DNA of 63,536 bases, filler included, from Folioceros fuciformis (taxonomy: Eukaryota), in NCBI GenBank assembly GCA_049999805.1. It is 22 parts of 22 records of this genome, joined end to end, with 100 filler letters (N's around TTAATTAATTAA, not from the genome) between each part and the next. Parts side by side here need not be neighbours in the genome. Positions count along the whole stretch, not along the records: positions 25,017 to 27,992 come from JBNGIO010006943.1; positions 28,093 to 30,284 come from JBNGIO010006944.1; positions 30,385 to 37,709 come from JBNGIO010006945.1; positions 37,810 to 46,696 come from JBNGIO010006946.1; 18 more parts are not named here. One strand, 5' to 3'. The translations under genes and the position numbers were made by a program. Shown here one piece after another: positions 25,413 through 38,641 of the stretch (within the stretch, counting starts at the first letter, position 1; every line of letters begins with the position of its first letter). The notes beneath the pieces were generated by a model. The model saw only the letters and a list, made by a program, of their open reading frames with translations. It did not search any database and was not told the origin of the DNA.

Positions 25413-26049
25413 TCGTTCCATCTTACTCCCTTGTCCTCCCTCCTACTCCCTGTTGCTCCCTCCTACTCCCTGTTGCTCCCTCCTTCTCCCTATTGCTCCC
25501 GCTTGTGCCTTTCTTCTTCTCTTGCTCTCTCCTTCCTCCCTTTCTTGCTCCTTGCCTCTTAAGACTCTTTGGGCCGATCTCAAGTTTCCAAGTCCCCCGC
25601 ATTGTGATTGAATAAGTTAGATATCTTTAATATTCATGCTATTTTAAGATTAATTTTTATGTCATTTTATTTCTATATGATTTATATTACAAAAATTTAA
25701 ATAACATTTATAGAATTGGATTGTACCAATTGGGAGTGCCTATTTCATAAAACAAGAAACATATAATATTTATAAAAAAATAATATTTAACCTTACTCCG
25801 CAACTAGGGAGTACCAAGCCCATAACATATGTAGAGGTATAATACTTAAGGAGGTAACAAGGTCAACTATATGCAACTCCGCTCCCTTTTCTCTCAAGTG
25901 CGGAACCTCGCTCACTCTTGGCCCTGTGCGACCCTACTTTCTTCCATTGCTTCCTTTACCATTCCATCTCCCCACTCTAGTTGCTCCATTGTGCAGATGG
26001 TGCCAAGGCAATTGCTTGAGGCCGGTGACCCCTGGTGGATCAACAAGGA

Positions 26050-27992
26050 CCACATCTAGACATGAGTGTATCCTAATTTCACATTCTTGTTGAACCCTGG
26101 AACAGTTCGAACTCCCATTGCTCTACTAAGTTCCCCCGACGAGGAACTTAGTAAAGCATTGGGAGTTAGGATTGGCGAAGGAAGGGTCAAGGACCCCGTT
26201 CCCCTAGCTCGCCTCATGTTGGAGTAGTTCCTGCTCCAGCTTCGCGACTAGGAAACGAGGCACAAGATCAGAGGAGGCATTTACCTTGATAAGTAGTCCT
26301 TGAGAACCTAATTGACGAAGGAATTGTAGACCTAGAGGCTATGAGGAGGGCCATAAAGACTTTGTTTGGGAGGGCTTGGATCCATACCCTTGGAGGGATC
26401 CCACTCAAGGGTTTAGGGTTGATTGTATGGCTTTGCTCAAGCTCTATGGCATTTGGAATGTGAAATGTTGGGCAAGGTGCCCACACTTTTGATTTCTTGG
26501 TCACCCCTTTGTTGTCCAAGATGGTTGCCTCGGCATTGGAAGATGAATCCTACGTTTCGCTCTTCCCCTGAATAATAGGCTCAAGTAATGAAACTGCACT
26601 ACGTAGCCTCCAAAGCCCTTCTCCTCTTTTGCGAACATGCTGGAAAACCTACCACATGTCCCAGCCTGTTGTCCGCCACACAATTTACCAACAGACCTTA
26701 TAAACTGATGGAAGATTTCAAGTTCAAAGAGTTGGAGGACAATGAATGCAGCTGTAAGTTTTGACCTATAGATTTGTCAAAATGGTTTTGAGATCCTTGC
26801 AAGCTAGTCCCACATGAAGTTTTGTGCCCAACCTTGGGCCACCAATGTAGAAAATCTTGCAATGCAGCCCTTGTTGGATCTAATGCCTTAACAGGTTATT
26901 GTGTTGCTTTGATAACATTGCACTCCATTCTCGTTGCCTTACTCAAGCTTCTTGTGCCTCCACACGAGCTTGCAATGGATTTGCTATGCGCTCATTTTCT
27001 TGACTGAAGCTGACATATTCCTTCATCCATTTGCATGCACATCGCTACAATTGCATCAACAACTTTGACTGCATGCACCTTACAATCCTCGGCTGCAATA
27101 GTCTTGGTACTATCCTTTGCTTCAGTTGCTTTGTTACCCTTTCCCCTACTTTTGTGGCTTCCCCTTCCTCTTATGTTTGAGCTCTTATGGAGTTGTTTTC
27201 CATCTAACTCTCTTGAGAGTGTACAACAAGTTAGAATGGTCGAGTCCACCTGCAAATCTTTGCAAACTGCACCAGCAACAAAGATCTCATTGGTTTGAGA
27301 TGTACTTTCTTTGTAGAGGGGAGGGATGAACCCCCATATCCAAAGGGTTTCGAACGTGTGCAAACATCTCCATTTGTTGTAACTGATAATGCTTACAGAT
27401 AGTACATTTACATAAAATATTTTAGTATATCTGTATAACGCACACTCTCTCATGTGTGCGCCTTCCCTTGATTCTGGTTTTACCAATAATCGACCTCAGG
27501 TGGGCCAGCACCGGTCTCCTTGCAGCTCGTGGTCGCCATGACTACTGTATGTATCCATCGATTGTGACAGCGCTGGGCTCGGGATTACAATGGAACTGTG
27601 TGAAATATGGAGACGTAAAATTGCAACGGAATTTCTGCACAACTCGGGCACCTCAATTTGTCCGTGGCTCACGATCGGAGCTCACAAATTGCGGTGTCCA
27701 ATACGAAAAGTTTTTAGAGGAAGCCCTAGTGTGTGCTTGTACAATACTGCCGTTCATGCCCTCTCTGGATCGAAACGGGTAGGGCAACGAAAAGGGGAGG
27801 CTCGGAATTGCGGCTAGGCCATTTCCTGGACGTTCCGCTTATGCTTGCCGTGAGGGAGAACGTTGTCGAAAGCGGATTTCACGAGGTCGGCCGGGAAGGA
27901 AGTGAGCACGGTGGGTAGGTTGAAGACGCCAGGATTTTGGCTGTTGAGCGTGGCGATGGCAGTGGCCTTGGTGGTGCCCGCATTGCGCTGGT
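26050..27992 (-). mobile_element. Possible decayed LINE ORF1 or other transposon remnants
   Basis: Stop-riddled frames with weak resemblance to LINE ORF1 (ELRS*ATDKL..FYVSIF near 27600-27700; knuckle-like segment near 26650-26700). Confidence 0.25.
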
Positions 27993-28092
27993 NNNNNNNN
28001 NNNNNNNNNNNNNNNNNNNNNNNNNNNNNNNNNNNNTTAATTAATTAANNNNNNNNNNNNNNNNNNNNNNNNNNNNNNNNNNNNNNNNNNNN

Positions 28093-29312
28093 GGGCAGTA
28101 AGGTTGAGAAGAGATCGGATTGTGGTAGTTTTAGAGTACAGAATATACATCTACAATTTCAGTGATTTGAAATTGTTGCATCAAATTGGAACTACATCCA
28201 ACACAAAAGGGCTTTGCGAACTTTCACCGTCAGTCAATGCATGTACTCTTGCGAGTCTGGGCCAACGCAAGGGTGAGATTAGGATTGAGCTTTACACTCT
28301 CAAAAAGACTAGGCTTATTCAATGTCACAATTCCTCTATTGCTTGCATCGCTTTGTGCTTGGATGGCACTCTTTTGGCTAGTGCTAGCGAGAGAGGAACT
28401 TTGGTTCGCATATTTTGCACTAATGACGGCACACCGCTACAAGAGGTGAGTGTTATCTTTTGTTCTTGTGCTTTCTACAACATATAGATTCATGCTTTTG
28501 GATTGAAACAAGAAAGAATGAGATTAGGATATGAAGACAAAACAATCTTACACCCAAGTAGTACTTAGGATCTTGTTAAATTCCTTTGATACTAATCCAT
28601 AAATTACCTTATCAATATCAGCTACGCAGAGGTGCTGAACGTGCTGAGATTTACAGCCTAGCATTTTCAACAAACTTACAATGGCTAGCATTATCTAGTA
28701 ACAAGGGAACTGTGCATGTGTTTTGTCTCAAAATACTTCCAAGTTTGAGAAGTTCTGATCTGTATCCACCATCCTTGGATAATCCATCTGATAAATCTAT
28801 CACACTAAGTACTGGATTGATGATGGCTGGATCAACATTATTATCTAAAGCAAGCTCAAATGCTGGGTCATCCTTATCTTTCATAAGAGGTAACCTTACA
28901 AATTCTGCATATCATACATAGATTACTTTGCTCAACAAAACTAGTTTTCACAAGAACCTTAAGTGTGTTAACTTTTTGCAGGTGTGCTTCCAAAATACTT
29001 CAGCTCAAAGTGCTCCCTTGCCCAATTCCGCATGCCTGGAGACACAATGTCAATTGTAGCTTTCGGTCCTCAAAAGAACACAATTATCATTGTTTGTACA
29101 AATGGAAGGTTAGTAAGTATCTTGTCTCATTACACCTAACTTGCATTCTTCCTCTATTCAACCCTAAATTTAAGTGAAAATTCTGTCTTTGATGTTGTTA
29201 CAGCTACTATAAATGTGCATTTGATCCTACACAAGGTGGATTGATGACTCAAACAGAATATGGATTATACCTAGAGAATTCTGAAATTATAAACCATGAA
29301 CATGCACTATGA
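28093..29312 (+). CDS. ATG18: Autophagy-related protein 18 (PROPPIN WD40), 3' half. Exons <28093-28445, 28622-28889, 28982-29108, 29204-29312.
   Basis: VRLRRDRIVVVLE, LLASASERGTLVRIF, QE|LRRGAERAEIYSLAFS, SSNKGTVHVF, GVLPKYFSS, VAFGPQKNT, YYKCAFDP; the frame is kept across three GT-AG introns. Confidence 0.96.
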
Positions 29313-29851
29313 GATAAACCCTATTGTATGCTCAGCTAAGCTCTTGAAATGTAGAAAGCTCCCAACTACCTATTTCATACAATACAAAGGTGTGTGTAAT
29401 ATGATGTGGATTTCAACTTAGGTCATAGGTATATTTGTAAGATATGTGCTCACTTCAAATATGATATGGAAGGAAAGTATTTCTACAACCTTTGCTGGAA
29501 CATTTAAGTACTATTTCAATACATTCTAGAGCTTTCCTTGATTATGTAGTGCCTTAAAAAATCAAAATCATTTTTTTCTTATTAGGTACAAATTCTGAAA
29601 AACAAGATCTGAATAATACAATGTTGACTTCAATCATTTCAAACCATATGAAGAATATTTAAATTTACCGAGAAATTTAAAGATGATTTATTTATTTGAA
29701 AAAACAAGATGGAAAAACCCATCTTAAAAGATTGCATAGGATTCCTTTCATATTGAAAAAATGTATGATGCTTAATGCCAATGAAATGATTCCTAACATT
29801 AAGAGCACATTAGGAGCTATTCTATAGGTAACAACACAACAAACTAGCTAC

Positions 29852-29981
29852 TATCTTTAGTTTTCAAAACTTATATGAAACCCTTAATAGGCTAGTGTAT
29901 AATATGTTTCAAAAAGTATCTTTAGTTTTTAAAACTTATATGAAACCCTTGATAGGCTAGTGTATACTATGTTTCAAAAAG
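29852..29981. repeat. 65-bp tandem duplication
   Basis: TATCTTTAGTTTT.AAAACTTATATGAAACCCTT.ATAGGCTAGTGTATA.TATGTTTCAAAAAG occurs twice. Confidence 0.9.
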
Positions 29982-30384
29982 CTAGTACTACTTTACACGA
30001 TATTCCAGTTGAAAATATGGTTATATGTGTTACAGGTGGTGTTTGTTGACTTTATCAAATTATATAGTTTATGCTTCTATAGTTATACATTGTCTACTTG
30101 GTTCTAGTGAGAAGATATATTTTGGCTACAAATATATACTATTTTATATTATATCTTCTAAATCTAGTCAATCATACGTTTGTAGACTAACCCTTAGTTA
30201 TAATAATATGAAAGAGTTAATTAAATAAAATAAATAATATCTATATATTTTCTACAAACTCATGAGGTGACTTATTGAACAAAANNNNNNNNNNNNNNNN
30301 NNNNNNNNNNNNNNNNNNNNNNNNNNNNTTAATTAATTAANNNNNNNNNNNNNNNNNNNNNNNNNNNNNNNNNNNNNNNNNNNN

Positions 30385-33300
30385 GTGGGGGAGGAGCACG
30401 TGGAAATGGAGGTCGTGAGTTTAGGAGAGGAGGCAGGGACTCAGGAGCACACTGGAATGAAAGATATAGAGGAGAACAGAGGCAGAGGTGGAGGAACAGG
30501 AACTGAGGATGGGGCTGTGGAGGAGGGGCACGTCGAAATGGAGGGCGTGAGTTTGGGGGTGGAAGCAGGAACTGAGGAGCAAACTGGAATGGAGAACATT
30601 GAGAAAAGCAGCGGGCGAGGTCGCGGCAGAGGTAGAGGGAGAGGAAGAGGGAGAGGGCGAGGGAGGGGAAGAGGAAGGGAGGCTGAAACACTAGCTGAGG
30701 CCGTAGCGATGGAAGGTGGAGCGGCTGTAGCTGGTACTGAGGGGGGCAGTAGCAGTGGAAGAGACAAAGTAATGGTCGAAAGAGTGGATGGCGAAGTTAC
30801 GGTGCAAGAGGATGCTGGAATCAAGGGCAGGGAAAGTGGGGCCGATGTTGCGGAGGGCAGGGAGGAAATTGAAACTGAGGATGTGAAGTCCAGTGGGCGA
30901 GGGAGAGTCAGAGGTAGGGCAACAGGGACGAAGGAGGTTAGTCAGGAGCGGGAAGTTAGAATTGGTGAACGTGATGTTGGTCAAGGTGGAAGCCAGGAGC
31001 AGGATCGTGCAGGGCCGCAAGGGTCGAGATCGCAAGAAAACATGCATGAGACTCGTTCAAAATGGCTTTCTGAGATCACAGTTATACCGTATGTTCTACA
31101 CAATGAGTGAAAAAAGTCTTTATAAGTCTGTTGCCGCTGTTCCTGTTGCATGATTTCATGTCGACTTTATTTGATCGTGTGAGTTGGTCATGATTTCACA
31201 ACACTGACTTTGTTCCATTTGTGTCTAACGTACGATGCCAGAGACTGGCAAAGCTTCAATTCATTTCCTCTTCAGTCGCCAGAACTTCGCTACACGTCTG
31301 ACGCGGATGACAAACACATGGGCTTTACATTGCCCCTATTCACAGCTGCTATCGTCCCAGATGTATGTTCTGTGTTTTCTGGAGAGTGAGCGGAAGGGGC
31401 GTTGCTATTGTGATGTGTGGTGGATGTTTGTGAACTTGCTTGCCTCGTTTTACAATTGCTTGATGGATCAGAGGCCCTGCACTCACCACTGTTCTCCTTT
31501 TCGCATCAGCTGGGAGCAACTGCTAGCGAACCGAATTCAGTCGAACCTAGTAGGATGAAAACCTGGTGAGCTCCTAGAATACCTCTCTGTAAAGACAAGC
31601 AAGTCTGCAGGGAACATTTGGTCCTCTTTGTTGTCGGAGCAATGTGACTTCCAGGATCAGACGGGTGGACAATGTCATTTTGTCCCTCTGTTGCTTACAA
31701 CGAATTATTGGTTTCTGTAATTGCAGCAACGATGTTGTGCTAAATGCAGGAGGGTCCGTCTGGGCTTTAGATTGGTGCCCCACGAGACCAGGGTGGCCAT
31801 TATCGTCTTTTATTGATCAAGACCACCCAGCAGAGGTTCGGAAGAGCTTGACCATTTTCCATTTTGTTGATTCGTTTTTAGATTATGATACGTGGAACTG
31901 TGCTGTGAGCTAATTTTTTTTGCTTTCGGTGTCTTCTGCTGATTTGTTGCTGCACTTAGTTTCTTGCGGTAGGGGCTCATCCTGGAAATATACCATTCAC
32001 GAAGTTGGGCGAGCCGTTGTCAGGAAAGGGGTTGGTGCAAATCTGGGCCGTTGACGTTACGTCTCGTGGCTCTGAAAAGGAAGCAGAAATCTCTGAGGAC
32101 ACATTAAATCTGAAGAAGGATGTAGTTGCAATGGAGGGCACAGTCGGTGCATGTCCTCTGCCCGTGACGGACATGTCTGGGGAAGGACCCTTTTCTGAGA
32201 AAGATAGTGATGACTGCAGTAAAGATAGAGCTGCTGGAGATCGCTCTACAGAGCCACCCACAGGTCAAAGTGATGAAGCTGGAGCGGAGCAGATTGGTCA
32301 TGGATTAGATGATACAGACCCTTTAACAATGAATGGCAAGCCGAGATGTAGATTGAAGGACAAAGCAAGAGGAAAGATTGCTTTCGACTTCAGCAAGCAG
32401 AATTCAAGTGGAGTGAATGTATCGGGATCTGCTGCTGACTGCGATATGTCGGGCGTGGTTCTCGGCTTGGTACATGATGGGCTGGTTACGTGGGATGCAA
32501 AGTGGAGGCCAGTTGCGGTGGATCCAAAGCATGATCCTGAAGACAGAGAATTGTTGCGACTTGGCTACTTAGCTGTGGTTCTTGGGGATGGTTCGATGCA
32601 AGTGTGAGTATGCCTGCCCTTACATTCTGCCGCTTATAGCTCATCTTGGAGTTGAGGATGTTTTTGGAGCCCCTAACTGAGTAGCGGGTATTCAACGTCT
32701 TTTTGCTTTCAGGTTTGACGTTCCTCTGCCAGGCATGTTTGAAGTTGGCACCTTGTTTGTGAGGATTGAACCTGCTTTACGATGCTCTGATCTCTGTAGT
32801 GGAGGTCAAAAGAGGTAGAGTAGTGACTGGTTTCGGCACACCTTTCTTTCCAGCATCCTGGATTATTGTTTGTCGTTGTCAACAGGGTTTACTGATGTTC
32901 CGCAATATGCAGCATTCCCCTGGCGGTGGAGTGGTCTACCTGGGCTCCCTATGATCTGGTTCTTGTGGGTTGCCATGATGGATCTGTAAGCTCATAGCCT
33001 GCATTAAGGTCATGTCGCAAATGTCGTTATGAAAGGAGGGAGAGAAAACGACCTATCGACAGTGTGTTAGTATTGAATATAGCCTTCTCATGTGTAGGTT
33101 GCTTTGTGGAGATTCAATGATTCGGCGCCTGCTGTGGAAGGTACAATTTTCCTTCGTAGGCTCTGTAAGAACCTCCGAGATAGGCTGACTTATACGTTTC
33201 TGAAGTGGCATGCTGATGTTGTGCACGAGGCATATGCAAATCGACTGAATTTGTGTTTGGTCTCTGCAGAAGCCCGACCGTTGATGTCATTCATTGCTGA

Positions 33301-34955
33301 TTCTTTCCCAATTCGAGCTGTTGCATGGGCACCGCTTGGCAGGTAGGAAGAAGTGGTTGATTTGCTGCTGTTAGTTGATAGTTTTTACCGGCACTTTTCT
33401 GACAAATCCATGGCAGTGGTTCTGCTAAGGAGCATTTGATAGCAACTACTGGTCACAGTGGATTTGTCCGCTTTTGGGATATTCGGTACGTCCTTTGTTG
33501 TTTGTAAAAATCATAATGACATTTGAAGTTAACTGGGTAGCACGTTATTGCACGTCTATGTTGCTTCCTGTTTTTGCCCTCCTTCATCCCTCGATGTTCT
33601 TTTTGCTCTGTCCATGATACCGTGAGTTTCTCACCTTTTGTGCGTCTGTCACCGCAGTTGTAGCGGCTGATTATGAAGTCTGTTCTTGCAGGGATCCTTT
33701 TCAGCCTATCTGGGATTTGCAGATATCGAGAGGATGGGTTTTGGGGTTAAACTGGATAGCGCACCCAAAGTGAGTGTTACAGTGAAGTGTATGCTGAGAC
33801 TCATGCACATTTCACATTTCTTGATTTCGGTGCACCTTGTTGGTGTCGTAGGTGTCTCCTGCTCTGCATGGATGATGGAACCGTGCGGTTGGTAAACTTG
33901 ACGGCTACAGAATTTGACTCAGAACCAACTGGAAATACCTTGGGCACACCCCAGACTCAGAATCTGCACAGTTACTTTTGTTCATCTTTTGCAATCTGGG
34001 GCATCCAAGCTTGTTGGTCGAGAAGTGAGTACCAAAACAGGACCAATGAAGTTTGGTTGTTGTGGCCAGGGAAATGGCAAAATGCTTGAGGAGTGCACAC
34101 GTTAAGATTTGAGCTCCTTGGTTCGTCCGTTCTAGAATGATGTACAGAGTATTGCCTGGGCTGTAACGACGTCTTATTTGACATGGGAAGATTGTTTGAA
34201 CAGATACTGTTGCTTATTGTGGGGCAGATGGTGCAGTCATCCAATTTGAGGTGAGGCTATGGGACCTTGTTGGCTCAGATGGTCGTATATTTTATGTTAT
34301 TCTGGAAATCTAAGGAAGCTAACACAGCTTGTTGGTTTACACGATTCCTGTCCTAAAAGTACACAATTCTGGGTACGTTTTGTGCTTACAGCTCACGGAA
34401 AAGGCTGTTCAAAGTCCTGCTGCAAGATACAGAGCTCCTCACTTCCTCATCGGAGCATTGGCTGCCGCCTCGGAGTCTGGACCATTGTTCATTGTACCGG
34501 AGCAAAAAAGCTGCCCTGTTCAAATGAAGAAGTCACTCACTGAGTGGACCAATACGCCTCGGTCTAAGAGGGGGTTTGCGTCCACGATGAATCAAGCCTT
34601 GAGAGCTGCCGGTGGGGGCACCTTCCTTCCTCCTGTACGTGCAGGTAGCGAGAGCAAGGCAAACCAAAAAGGTAGTAAGGCGACCGCTGATCTTCCTAGT
34701 CACAGCGAGGCAGAGCGTGTGGACAGTGGAGACATGGATGTAGAGGACACATGCGCTCCTCCTTCGAATAATGACGATGGCGCTCGCCAGGGATTGTCGT
34801 TACCCCCCATTGAGGAGTTTCCTTTCAAGGTTGTTTCTATCAATAGGCTCAGATGGAACAGTAACTCGGATAAGAGCGATTGGTTAGCTTACGGCGGAAC
34901 TGCAGGAATTGTAAGGTGTCAGAGGATTTTGCAAGACGCAACAGTCCACAATTGA
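30385..34955 (+). CDS. GTF3C2: Multi-exon WD40 protein, general transcription factor IIIC subunit 2 (TFIIIC110/Tfc6)-like; 5'-truncated
   Basis: LNAGGSVWALDWCP, FLAVGAHP, TWDAKWRP, LGYLAVVLGDGSMQVFDVP, GCHDGS, PIRAVAWAP, RFWDIRDPFQP, INRLRWN..WLAYGGTAGIVRCQ, linked by many short GT-AG introns; stop at 34953-34955. Confidence 0.82.
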
Positions 34956-35499
34956 CTTGGTCTGTGTGTAAAGATTGAAAATGACACTTCTCCCCGCTTA
35001 AAAATGATGTCCGTCACGTTTGTAAAGATCCACATCTTTTGTTTGTGTAGTTATTTCAAGTGCCCTCGTGCAGGAAAGCAAAGGACAGACGAAGCAGAAG
35101 CAAACAACGAAAAGCTTGAACGGAAAATGATAACTGTATTGTAGATGTCTCCCCAGTACAGATACAGAACCCCATGGGGTTTCATCAAAATTTGGACTAG
35201 AAATTGCTTGCAGACGAGGGCACACCGCCTCACAGCAACACACTAGTATTCTACTAATTAGTACGCATATGCTACTCATAATTTTACATTCCTGAGACAT
35301 TACTCAGCTGCCAACTGGAACAAGGACCGCGACTATAACACACTCTGCGATGGAAATTTTACTAGAAAAATGTACTTTCCTTTCGACAAATGATCTTACC
35401 CTCCCTAGATAGACGCAAATATCAGAACATGTCGTATTCACAAATATTTAGCACAGGAAAAAACGAGAACTATTGATACAACCAGTTAAAGGTACAGGG

Positions 35500-37709
35500 T
35501 CAACTCCACCATGCATCTACGCTCGCTCCATCAGCTGCTCTTGGCGCGAGAGAAGGGATACCCAAGCCATAGACCTCTGGTATCCTTGATCCTGTGGATG
35601 CACCCTGGTGTTGAGACTGCACCCCGAGGGTATGCTGCATTGCAGGAGGAGCTGCCTCTAGGGTAAAAGAACATGGAGTTCCTCCCAGGACTCCACCACC
35701 TCCACCATCATTGTATCGATGCCCATGCTTTTGCGAGACATCAGCTGTCTTCTCAGAATACCCAGTTACCGGCACCTGTGGTCGAGACTTTGATTCCATG
35801 TGACTCTCAGAATCAGCACTTTCACTTACTTGAGTTGAGCACCCAGGTTGACCAGATACAGATGCATCATCGTCTCCAGCATCCTGCGGATAAGAAGGGA
35901 TTAGCTTGGAAGGAAATGAGTGCACGTTCACCACGTTCACCCCCAAGACAAACGTTGCGCCAAGCCTACCGATGCTGATGGCGCTGGTTGTGCTGTTGAC
36001 GGCCCATTCATCTGATCTTCGGTTGCAGCAGGTCGTGTTTCCACGGGAATATCATACACCGACAAAAACAGTTTCTGGCAAAAGTGGAGGGGCGGGTACA
36101 TTAGATTTCATATGGAAAACTGCAAAGAGACGAGAGGAATGCAAATCGACATGGGGCACAACGTACATGTTCTTCAAAGTCGGGACTAGAAAGGTTGATG
36201 GAGAGATTCCTCATCAAAAGCAAGACCTGGTAACGTATCAGCATCCAATGTAAGTAACAAACCTTGGCTCCACGACAGGTATGAGCCTAACATTCGAGCG
36301 GACATGCCGCTGGCAAGACGACTCCTTACCGTTTCTCTATCTATTGGTGCCATTTCTTTCAATTTCTTTAAATGGCCAACAGTGCCAGGATCAAATACGC
36401 TGCCAATGAATTTGTATACTTGTGCAAAGTCTGGGGCAGCTGCAAGTAAGCACAGGACAAGGAACTTCAAATAAGCAATGGGATACATCATTTAAAACCT
36501 AAAATTCACAACTAAGCCCTCCAGGGAAAGACAAGTAGCAAAAGGAAAGTTCCGAAAACATGCCTCGCAAGGAGGCTTCTTGATTAACTTTTCCAGCGGG
36601 TAAAATCTGTTGCACCCATCCCCCAGAAGAGCTCCCAGTGCTACTACTGGTGCGATTCCTGCCAACCATCAAGCCGACGGTAGCTCCGTCTATGCAAGGG
36701 CCACAACAGAGTGAAAAACCTGACAGAAAGGAACAGTGGTTGACTGGTAGTTGCAAAAGGCACGCGAGAATAGTTCGAGCTAAAAAATAGCTTGTTAGTA
36801 AAAGATGAGAGAAACTTACCTTTCGGAACATATGTTATTGCACCAGGAGGCGGAACAGAATGCTGCATCCATGCGGACACTGTAGGACTCGTTGCAGCGG
36901 AAGCAGCATAGATAGCACACTGCTGCTGTCCCATGGCGTAGATAGGATCGGCCTGTGGGGTGGAAGAAGCCAGTGTACGAGAAACGAGAGGTTGTACTGG
37001 GGCTGACAAAGAAGAGCAGGTATAAGATAAAGCGTACTGGACAACAGGGGCGGAAGCAGATACAGAATGTGGCCATGGTGCATCATGGACATATCAGCAT
37101 TAAAAGCGGTCTTACCACTCTTAGGCGCTTTTTGAGGATACGGTTGGGCAGACTTGCGCTTAGGCCTGGGTGGAGGCACATGTTCTCCGGTGCCATTCTT
37201 TTGTACTTTGAGAAAATACTTCTGAGCGTGGCTTCGAATCTGCATCAACGAGAAGGAAGCATGATTGGTTGATGGCACCTCATACTCCACCCACTCCAGC
37301 GCCAGCTACTTCCCTCTCACACCAACCAACAGTAACACCGCCATTGAGACAGGACAAAAAGGACGAGGGTAAGTAAGGTTAGAGGGGCTCCCAAACCTGA
37401 ATGACAGTCTTGGAACCGACAAAGGCCTCTATCTTCTTCCAATCTCGGTCGAACCTGCATGCGCTCGACAAGGCAAGGCAGTGACGTGAGAATCCCGTCA
37501 CTTCATTGCAATGCACGAACCTCGTCCACCCCACGAAGAAACGGAACCGACCGCCAACACCAACAGGTATCCCAAACACATCCACAACCGGCACCGCAAA
37601 AGGAGTCTGGCACAAGAGAACTCACAGCTGCAAAGCTTCGAGGAACTTATCATGCTCCTGCTCCGTCCAGCTCTCCCTGGATTTAGTGATGGTATAAGGC
37701 TTCCGGATC
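35500..37709 (-). CDS. RVE: REVEILLE/LCL-clade single-MYB (SHAQKYF) clock transcription factor; 5'-truncated, multi-exon
   Basis: [74 protein letters not shown] domain [38 protein letters not shown]. Confidence 0.96.
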
Positions 37710-38641
37710 NNNNNNNNNNNNNNNNNNNNNNNNNNNNNNNNNNNNNNNNNNNNTTAATTAATTAANNNNNNNNNNNNNNNNNNNNNNNNNNNNNNNNNNN
37801 NNNNNNNNNGGTTTGGCCGACGAAGGCGCGGGACAACCCGGGAGAAGCAGGAACAACGGGGGCAGCCCGCACGCGCGCTGTAGCAGCAAACTACAACTAG
37901 CAAGCTGTAAGCTGGGAGAAAGGAGAAACTCGGGGCCTACGAAACTTTTTCCTCAAAACGATATTGTACGCACAAATACATACACGACAACCAATCCACC
38001 TCACCAAATACGAGGCTTCGAGTACCTCATTTGCCTACGGGACACGTGGCGCTCTGTCACGCACGTTAAGCACCCAATTTGCAATAGATGGATCCTGCGC
38101 ATTCGCGTCAGGTCTGTGATAGGATACGGATTCACCGTCGCCTCATAGTCGCCATTTGTACATACATACAAGCCAGGCGGAACAAACGTGTGTCTGTACA
38201 TGGACAGACATGGACTCACATACAGTACATACAAACATATGTACATACCGGATGTCATAATATATGAATAAAAGTCTGGATGACCTCCAGCGACTTCAGC
38301 CCCAGTGAAAGTCGACTCCTGGCTCTGCTTGTCGTCTCTGACATTGGCTTCCGTCACCACCGGCCAACCTGATGACTTCTGTACTCTCCGCCTATCGGTA
38401 TGTATTTGGGTAAGGTGAAACATGCTTGGTACCAAATCTGTACAGAAACACGCAATTCAGCTGTCGGCGGAAGAGCCGGGCATAGAAGCAAATGAAGCCA
38501 CGCCACTGGCCCGACTTTGCAAGCTCCAACAACCATTCCACAAAATATCCCAGCCCGCTGGCTGCTGCGTTCGTATCCACGGGACGCCATACAATCTGGT
38601 GATACACAGTTCGTCAAATGTGTTCTTGAGCCTGTTTGGTG

